Shown: positions 54,615 through 64,000 of the stretch, piece after piece | How positions within the stretch are numbered: position 1 is the first letter of the stretch | How the letters are laid out: each line of letters opens with the position of its first letter | Position numbers and translations under genes: made by a program | Origin: Octopus vulgaris | Taxonomy: Eukaryota | DNA: 64,000 nt | Reading direction: 5' to 3' | Assembly (NCBI GenBank): GCA_951406725.2 | Contig: OX597832.1 | Span: forward strand, 37,200,001 to 37,264,000 | Notes under the pieces: generated by a model | The model's database searches: none | What the model saw: the letters and a program-made list of their open reading frames with translations, nothing else | What the model was told of the DNA's origin: nothing

Positions 54615-54850
54615 AATTTCCATAATGCAGAAGAAAAGACAGTGCTGCTGTAATACAGAAAAAAAAGGACGAACATTTTGCAATACAGAACGAAGTGTAG
54701 ACCAGCTGTAATACAAAACCAAAAAAATAGAGAGATTGGCCGTAATACAGATGACAGGGCAGACCTACTATAATATAGAAGAAAGGACCGACTCCTATGA
54801 CACAGAAAAACGGATTACAGACATATAATAAACAGGAGAAGCCAGATCCC
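54615..54850 (+). repeat. Degenerate about 29-bp minisatellite
   Basis: RTAATACAGAA..GGAC-like unit recurring about 8 times. Confidence 0.6.
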
Positions 54851-55369
54851 ACTCTACTAAACATAGCTGTCTTATTGTAAATGCATATCGGTTGCCATGA
54901 TGTCGCTGTTTTTCTCTGGAATTTCTCCTACTTCGCCAACGCGATACCAACAACAGTATCAACAACACCAAAACCACCATCACCATTGCTACTACCACCA
55001 CCCACTCCACGCAACAACAACAGCAAAAGTAATCATTACAGAATCTATTACTATAACGACAAAAATTAAACATCAGTAAACAGCAGTGTCACTAGCATTC
55101 AGTAACAGGGAATACAAAGAAAGCCGCCATCATAACAACTACTTCTACGACTAAAATAATAACAATAGTAGCGACAACAACAACAACTACAACTATATTT
55201 AAGGTAGCAAGTCATAATAATAATAGTAGTAACAATAATGATCTACACAAAAATGCAGCGTAGTGACAATTTAAAACAATATATCAGCTACAACAAGCTG
55301 ATGAACAACAGTAACAACACGAATAATTACATCAAGAAGGAAAAAAAAGCGAAAGCTTGAGCGGGAGAA

Positions 55370-55672
55370 GATGGGGACTAAATTAGAGGCGGAAGTTGGG
55401 GACTAAAGAGTTTTGATTAGGGGAATGTAGTGAATGACCAATGGCGTCTCTGTGGGAAACTAAACTGTCCGCCGTCTTAACGGATTCCGTCATATTGGGA
55501 AAGGAAAAGAAGGAGAGATAAAAATTTGTCTCACACCGAGGGTGTCACTGTTGTCAGATGTAAACCGTTGTGGTGACCAGCAGTGCCGCCTGGTGACTGG
55601 AATAGGACGAGAAACAATAATAAATATCAAACACAAATCTTTATGCGCATTAATGGGGAAAATGGAGCCGAA
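55370..55672 (+). promoter_or_regulatory. Candidate promoter and first exon
   Basis: GGCGGAAGT (ETS), CCAAT overlapping AATGGCG (YY1-like) and TGTGGGAA (CSL-like), then donor GAA|GTGAGT at 55673. Confidence 0.35.
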
Positions 55673-56302
55673 GTGAGTGTGTCTCCCTGTCAAACCATTC
55701 CCACCAACACCACCGTCACCAACACCGCCTCTATAACTTATTACCTCCGCTTACCATCATCACTACCATTAGGACCATCACCACCACCATCACTGCCACC
55801 ACCACAACCATTTACCACTGACATTATATTCGCCATCACCACCTCTGAAATTATTACTATCATCCTCATCATTCTCATCTTCCTCCTCCTCCTCCTCATC
55901 ATCATCATTACCATCAACAACATCACCACCATTATTATCACTACCGCTATGACCGCTTCCACCATCACTCCCATCACCACTGTAGACACCACCATCGCCT
56001 TCACGAAAACGACGACGACCACCACCACCATCACCACTAGCAATAACATCAACAACAACACCGCTATCACTATAACTCGCCCTTCTCCTCCTCCCCTTTC
56101 TCCTCCTCATTCTTCTTCTTCTTCTTCTTCTTCTTCTTTTTCTTCTTCTTCTTCTCCTCCTCCTCCTCCTCCTCTTCCTCGTAAATGTAATGAAAATAAT
56201 GAAACAGATTCTGACGAATTTGATATTCCTGAATTTCATTGACATGTCATCCTTAATGTGGATGTTGGGAGTGTTATGGATGTGATGGTATTGGTCTTGT
56301 TG

Positions 56303-56333
<31 letters not shown>

Positions 56334-56656
56334 AGGATTTGGTAGAACAGTGGTGTGATGGTGCCAATGGCGGGGCTTTTGTGTGAGGAACGTCACGTTA
56401 AAGACACGAAGTGAATCTATGAAATAAATACCTGACATTATGACGATGATTTTGATGATGATGATGATCATCATCATCATCATCATTATCATCATCAGCA
56501 GCAGCGGCAGTAATAGCTGCAAAAACAAAAACATCACAATATCATTCTTACATAGTTTTGTTTTAAATCATGGACGCAGGGTCAGCCACTTTTGAAAGGA
56601 GCGGGTAAATCGATTTTTTTACATTCTGCCGATGCAGAATTGGAGTCTAGCTAATC

Positions 56657-56722
<66 letters not shown>

Positions 56723-56724
<2 letters not shown>

Positions 56725-56942
56725 TTAATAAAAAAAGAACGAAGAAAAAACACAAGAAAAATAACAACGCGAGGACGTGGTACATGCAGAGTATTAATAA
56801 AACGCTCAGGGAAGGAAAGAAAGGTGGTTTTACGTTTCGAGCAAAGCTCTTCGTCAGATATAGGAGACAGAGGAAAGTCCAAGACAAAAGGAAGATAGAG
56901 GGAAAAAAAGCGCCAACGATCCACATGTAGTTACATTTTGAA

Positions 56943-56944
<2 letters not shown>
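56723..56944 (-). mobile_element. Penelope-type terminal fragment with a hammerhead-like core, inside (TG)n
   Basis: CTGACGA-A-GAGC-TTT-GCTC-GAAACGTA at 56831-56857; (TG)n on both sides. Confidence 0.65.
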
Positions 56945-56985
<41 letters not shown>

Positions 56986-57386
56986 CATACACGTATGCAC
57001 ACACACACACACATATATAAGCTCTATGCATGCCTAAGTCTGAATGAATAGGTGGACACACTCTCATATACATAAAGGCAAGTGTCTTCTACTACAGCCT
57101 CGGGCTGACCAAAGCCTTCTTGGTGGATATGGAAGTCGGAAACCGAAATAAGCCCGTCGTGTGTGTGTGTGTGTGTATGTATATATATATACACACACAA
57201 ACAAGTGGTCGATAGAAAAAGTGCCAGTCTTAAAAATGTTCTATGGTCGAATCACTCGACTGAAGTTCTTAAAGGCAGTGCCCCAGCGTGGTCGCAGTCT
57301 AATGACCGAAGCAAGTAAGAGATAAAAGATAAAAGAGATATCTGATAATAGTGATTAATATATACGATACCTTTATTATATGAGTG

Positions 57387-57431
<45 letters not shown>

Positions 57432-58013
57432 TATATATGTATATGTACATATACCTATACGCACACTAACGAAAACACACATTGCACAAGTGTACAGTGT
57501 ACACCACACGGACTGGTGTATATACACGAAGTGATTACGATAGGGTAACGCGGGTTTATTTTCTGTCATAAGTACAGTGTCCCCTGGAAGGACCCGTTGA
57601 GGCACTGGTGGGGTCCCAGTGAGGTTTCTAGCGGGCTCCCGGTGTGGATTCGGTGGAACTTCGTTGGGTTCCGGAAGGCAAGAGCTAAAAGTGTCAGTCT
57701 AAAGCAATACTAGACGATGCTTTGATAAAACAAACAGCGTCACATATTATTGACAGTACAGCGGGAGTTTTTTGCTACTGAGATGGTAGTGGCGGTTGTG
57801 GTGATGGTGGAGGGAGTGGCTGATGCTGTTGTTGTTATTGTAGTGGTTTTGATAGCAGGGAAGTGGGCGGAGGTAGTGCTATGGATAGGGTTTGGCGCTA
57901 AAATATCTTCCTAAAACGTTATAACTTCCTTATTTGTAAGCGATGGAAGAAGAGTAAAGACGGGAAACGAATCCTGCGCCAGTGATCATGGACTGCGTTA
58001 TGCTGGGCATATG

Positions 58014-58061
<48 letters not shown>

Positions 58062-58453
58062 CACGCACGTATACATATTTATATGTTTATATATTCGTGT
58101 ATTGAATAGTTTGCCCTGTGTTTATTCTATCAAAACTACGAATGTCATTCCAGTTCTCCACGATACGTTTAGTAGGTTGCACTTAACTCTATGCATTTTA
58201 TACAGAAGGCACTTCGAGAAAATTATCTACTAACGGAAGTTCGTATTCTCTGTGCCGTAAGTCATCATTAGACGCGCTATCGTTCATCATTTCTTCCTGC
58301 TTTCTTCGAAATTATGAAGATGTTTGAATTCTTTCTTAATATATGAATGCTTAGTAAGTAACTTTTCTGCAGCAACACCCACTGGCTTTATCATTCAATC
58401 ATCTTCGGCTCTTCAGCTTCACATATACATACATGCATACATACATACATACA

Positions 58454-58484
<31 letters not shown>

Positions 58485-58656
58485 GATATATATTTGTACG
58501 TATATATATATATATGTACATGTACATGTGTATATATATGCATAAATTACACACCGCAAACCTACCTACGTACACACTCTTCCTACATACTTATATGCAT
58601 TTGTATATACGTTGTTTCCTTTGTGCGTGTTTACCTACTTACAAACATACTTTACC

Positions 58657-58746
<90 letters not shown>

Positions 58747-58756
58747 CTATCTATGC

Positions 58757-58828
<72 letters not shown>

Positions 58829-58829
58829 G

Positions 58830-58919
<90 letters not shown>
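58657..58919. repeat. (TATC)n microsatellite without insertion
   Basis: Direct reading. Other empty arrays at about 29905-29995, 31270-31345, 42645-42753 and 62741-62828. Confidence 0.95.
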
Positions 58920-59822
58920 ACTCTCTCCTCTCTATCTGGTTAGCTATCATGGACCTATATGTCTGTCTGTCTGTCTGTCAATCGCTTTGTGACTGCTGTC
59001 TCCTTTCTCCCCGCCTTCCTCTCTCTCCCTCTCTCTCTCTATATATATATATATCTTTCTAACCAAAGACTTATATGTATGACTATCTGTCATTCAATCT
59101 TTTGCTGTCTGTCTGTCTCTTTTCCTTCATACCACCTTCGCCCATGTCTGCCTGTCTGCCTGTATGTCTGTCTGTCTGTCTGTCTGTATATATGTATGTC
59201 TGCATGCCTACCTGTATGTCTATCTATCTATCTATTTACCTGTCTGTCTGTCTGTTTATCCATTCATCCATTCATCCAATCATCTAATTATTAAACATGG
59301 CTATTTATTTAATTCCTTCTCCTCCCCCCCGTCCCCATCCTCCTCCTCCTCCACCTCGTACTCCTGTCTCCACTAATCTCACTATCCCTTCATTTATCCT
59401 CTACATAACAAATTACTTCAGACTTACCACAACCTTCTTCGGTCAGTAGAGTCAAAACTGAAACGATAATTCAACATCTCAAACGCCATTGCTGTGTGAT
59501 GTTCCCAGCTGAGCAAGTTTTCTTTCCACTAACAAAATCTATAAATTCAAATCAACAACATGCATTAGTTTCGGCGAGGTCGACAATTCCTCCAGTCTAT
59601 GCACTTCCTTCGAGTAAGTGGCAACTAGAAACCAAAGACTATGTCATTTTTTATCTTGAAATGGACGTTTGCTTTTAGTGGTCATGTGACGATTCATATT
59701 TGAAACTATTGGCCAATTAGATTACAGTAAAGAATTTCAGAAATTCTTTGATTTATATAATCTAGATTTGGGTTCGAAATTAATCTGGGAGAAGTTCTCC
59801 ATTCTAATAAAGTCTCCATTCG

Positions 59823-59878
<56 letters not shown>

Positions 59879-59880
<2 letters not shown>

Positions 59881-60023
59881 CTTTTCCTTTTTTTCTTCTT
59901 TCCCTTTTACGATCCCTTTTGATCGAAAACCTACCCCACTTTTTTTTCTCTCCCCAAAAAGAAAAGCTCTACTTTGTAATCTGTTCCGTCTGTGTGCAGC
60001 CCTGTGTGGCTAATAAAGAAACA
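59879..60023 (+). mobile_element. Tx1-like LINE, copy 3 (extreme 3' end only)
   Basis: Matches about 1425-1570, ends AATAAAGAAACA, with (TATC)n on both sides. Confidence 0.8.
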
Positions 60024-60899
60024 TACCTATCTATCTATCTATCTATCTACCTTTTGTCTATCTGTATATCTGTCTCTCTGTCTATCTATTTGACTACCTA
60101 TCAATCTAGCTAGGTGTTTATTTTCCTTTGGTGAGTTTACAAATAAATTGTTGAAGAATATGATACGCACAAACATGTACAATCAGCCTGTTTAGTTTAT
60201 TTGATAACAGCTTCACTCAGCTCAATAATTCTTAAATCTTCGGAATTAGCAAGGCTTGACAAAGAAAACCAGAAAAAGATGAATGCATTGAGAATACATC
60301 ATCAAAACTTCGAAATAGAAACATTATTTTTAGCCGAAGGTAAATGACATCTGTAGGGAGAACAGGAGAGGGCGAGAAACTAATGAGATATAATAAGATA
60401 CAAGGTGTATGGAGAATGGCATTATACAGCACGAAGTTTCAGTGAATTTAACGCTTTATTGTATGTTCTTAAATGGCTTATAAACATCTTACACGCTGCA
60501 ACTATTTTTGTTTCAGTGCACGATCTCAGATCAAGTCACTTGCTATGCAAGTACATCTCCGGTATTATACAATATCATACTAGCCACTAGTATGAAAAAT
60601 CCTGGACAAGGTCAATCTTGGATAACATTCTTTGTGCCTATGGAGTTATTAATGTCCGGAAGCGGATCTTCTTCTTCTTCTTCTTCTTCTTCTTCTTCTT
60701 CTTCTTCTTCTTCTTCTTCTTCTTCTTCTTTTTCTTACTCTTCTTCTTCTTACTCTTCTTCTTTTTCTCTCTCTCTTCCTTCTTTTCCTCCTCTTCCTTC
60801 TTTCCCCACCCTCCTTCTTTTCCTCCTCCTCCTCTTCTTTCTTTTCTTCTTCCTTCTTTTCCCCTCCTCCTCATCCAGAGGGAGTCAGATGAAAAGAGG

Positions 60900-61489
60900 A
60901 GGGGACTTGATCCCATGTGGCGCAAAGGAGCGAAGAAGGAAAATTAATTCCTGTTCACGACAAAGGCGTGAGTCCGGATACAAGGGTGTTGTAGTGAATG
61001 ACCGGTAGAGCAGAAATGGCGCGAGACCGGGGTGTCATTGCTGAGTCTAATGTCTCGGAGGTGCTCCGCGAACCGGTCAGCCAAGCGGTGTCCCGTTTGA
61101 CCAATGTACAGAGAAGGGTAGAAAGAGCAGGAGATGCAGTAAATGACGTTGCAATAAGTGCAGGTAAAGGAGACGGTGATATGATAGGGACGATGACGGT
61201 TGCCCGTGAGGATGGTGGTTTTGAAGAGGGAGGGACAAGTACGTCAGAGAGGGCGGGAGCAGAAAAACGAGCCAGGTTGGGAGGTGGGGTTAGGGAAGAA
61301 ACTGTAGACCAGGAGATCACGCAGGTTGTGGGCTCTTTTAAAAGAGGAAAGGAGTAGGTTGAGGAAAATGTGCGAGGTGGAGAGGTCGGACTGGAGTCGC
61401 CGGAAGGTTCGGAGAATGGTGCGTTGGAGGGGCAGGGTGGAGGGGTGGTAGGTGAGGGTAAACGGGAGACGGGCAACGGCGAGCGGGTG

Positions 61490-61564
<75 letters not shown>

Positions 61565-62330
61565 CACGGTCCACAGAACGTGCTCTGGCAAGGGCTGTGT
61601 GAATTGTGGTGAGGGGATATCCGCGAACTATGAAGTGGCGAGCCATGAGTTGAGACTGAGTCTGAAAGGCATGGTTGTCACTGAAGAGCCTGCGCAGACG
61701 GAGGAATTGGGAGTAGGGGATGGAGAGATTGGTGTGGGTAGGATGAGAGGAGGAGAAGTTGAGGAATGAGTGTGAGTCGATGTGTTTTTAGTGGATGGAG
61801 GTAGTGAGAGCGGAGTGGTGTATGTTGACCGAAATGTCGAGAAATGCGATGTAAGCATTGGAAATAGTGTAGGGGAATTCGAGGGCAGGATGGAAGGATT
61901 GGACAAACGAGAGGAAGGATTCTAGTTGTTCGCGGGATAGTGACGTCGCACGGATACAGTCATGAATATAACGACTGTATAGTTCGGGAGTGGGACCAGT
62001 GAATCTTGAGAATATTTGGGACGGGATGGAGGAGGGGTGGGTGAAGTGACATCGGGTGGGACAATATGAAGGAGTGAGTGGAGTTTATTTTGTTTGGTGC
62101 GAGTGGGGTACTCGCGGAAAAGAGGATTTAGATGGATTATGAAGCGTAGTGTGGAACGTGCAAAGGTGAAAAAGAGGAGAAAAGGTGGAATAGGTGAGAG
62201 GGAGAGGGTGTATTTTGGAGAGATTAGAACGAATGGTGGCACGCATCAGGCGGTAGGAAGTAGTATGGAGTACGGGTAGGATGAGAGAAGCAGAGTGGAA
62301 AGTGGAGTGGAAATGGAGGCGGAAACCTTT
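60900..62330 (-). mobile_element. Penelope-like element: decayed RT C-terminus and GIY-YIG endonuclease
   Basis: RYIHDCI (mutated YIDD), SSSHPTH..SIPYSQFLRLRR, RGYP, LTYHP, FKRAHNLRDLLV and NVIYCISC..LYIGQTGHRLADRFAEH. (GA)n inserted at 61492-61559. Confidence 0.9.
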
Positions 62331-62523
62331 GGGAATGATATGAGTATATATATATACATACATATGCACACAAATATCAATGTAAAAATATACACAAGCT
62401 ATAGAAATTAATTTATACATATATGCAGGCATGCAGGCATACGTATATATTTCGAGAGGGAGAGAGAAAAAGAAAGAGAGAAAGAGTGAGAGAGAAACAG
62501 AGAGAGGGAGACAGACAGGCAGT

Positions 62524-62555
<32 letters not shown>

Positions 62556-62740
62556 AAGAGACAGAGTCAGAGAGACAGTGAGACAGAGAGAAAGATTGTG
62601 AGGAAAGTGGTGAGAAAAATTAATCAATATCCACAAAAGGAATCGCATTTGCATGTTACGTCACTCACCAAACAATGTAACATTATCTACTTCTGGAAGT
62701 ATTGAGTACTTATTTTGTATCTACAAGCTTTGTTCAGAAA

Positions 62741-62828
<88 letters not shown>

Positions 62829-63765
62829 ATACACACACACACGCATACACACACACACACATACACATATGTATGCACATATGCATGTGTGTATAATAAA
62901 ACATCTTCAGACATTGTGTTTATGTTAATTTACCACAATAAAAATGTAAAGCAATTCTGAAAGATTTCTAACAATGATCCATTGAAGAAAGATTGGAAAT
63001 AATTTCATTTAATAGCGAGAAAATGTTGTTATTGTTGTTATTGCTGTTGCTGTTGTTGCTGCTGTTCTTATTGTTGTTGTTGTTGTTTTTGAGGTTGCTA
63101 TTGGTGTTGATGTCTCGGTTCTGATAAAATTGCCTCGATAAAAACAAGAAAAATATCCGAAGCGAAACTAACAATTACTCTATAATTGAGAAAATCCCTG
63201 AAAGTAAAAAGATTTAAATAAATATATAAACACACAAATATAAAGAAAGCCGAACAGAAAATAACAAAAAAAAAAGAAAAGAAAAAGAAAAAAAAAACCA
63301 AGCGAAATCTACTTTCCTGGAATATTCGCCTGACAAGTGTCATTCGTGCGAAAAAGCTATATTCTTCTAGACTAATGGAAGATTTAATCGTCTGGGATTG
63401 TCATATTGGTAACGATCCGATGGCTACTCAATTATTTCTTTTCTCATCTGCTTCTTTTAAATGCTTTTTCACTGATTTCTTCATCGAGACTAACCCACTC
63501 TCTTCGCCAACCTTATCAATGCCGTCAACTCCACATTCTCCGTTGCTTTGAAATCTTAATTGTATTAATATGTTTTTCAATACAGCCACACTTCACCAGC
63601 AGACTTTCATTGTGATATGCTTTCATTTTACATTCTCTTCGAGTCGAATGTATATCTTAACATGATTCGCGGTCCGAGTATAAAACGAATATTAGAATGA
63701 GAAAAGAAAATTAGTTAATTAAGAAGCAATGTTCATTTACTTTCCCTTTTCTCTATTTACAACAG

Positions 63766-63775
63766 CTTGTTCAAG
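63766..63775 (+). other. Candidate 10-nt micro-exon
   Basis: TTTACTTTCCCTTTTCTCTATTTACAACAG|CTTGTTCAAG|GTGAGA. Confidence 0.45.
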
Positions 63776-64000
63776 GTGAGATAGGATCAAATCTACTCAA
63801 AGCCTTATTAGCCTCCTTCTATGAAAAGAAGCGACTTTTCTCTTTTCTCTTACGCCATCTGCAAGAAGCAGTGTGTAAAAGGAGAGAGAATAAGATTAGT
63901 AACAGGCACCTGGTCACTGTGGAATAGGGCGGAAATGTCAACTTCCTTTTTGTAAAGTCGACATTCATATTTTTGACAAGAAAATTACACACTAGCGCTC

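Noticed and set aside
55583-56245. 219-aa and 151-aa low-complexity ORFs
   Set aside because: Built from degenerate triplet repeats that stay open on both strands
60998-61357. 119-aa plus-strand ORF
   Set aside because: It is antisense to the Penelope GIY-YIG region

Overview
Repeat-dense, AT-rich animal genomic DNA that is mostly intronic or intergenic. The SINE families and the extreme microsatellite load suggest an octopus genome (my inference, not verified). No intact protein-coding gene is visible, and almost all ORFs in the track are translations of (TA)n, (CA)n, (TACA)n, (TATC)n or triplet repeats. Recognisable content includes: at least four SINE families; decayed Tc1, mariner, hAT, Chapaev3-like, Helitron and Merlin-like DNA elements; fragments of RTE, Dong/R4, Tx1-like and Penelope retrotransposons, some with hammerhead-like motifs; one solitary full-length 5S rRNA-like copy; and a few candidate host exons on both strands. 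Best leads: (1) a Tx1-like LINE found three times, always inside a (TATC)n array, once with a diagnostic 14-bp target-site duplication, suggesting a GATA-microsatellite-targeting retrotransposon; (2) five co-oriented CTCF-like motifs at about 43.4-43.75 kb; (3) a 5S variant with compensatory substitutions; (4) 31-nt and 10-nt micro-exon candidates. Family names come from motif recognition by eye, and boundaries of decayed repeats are approximate.
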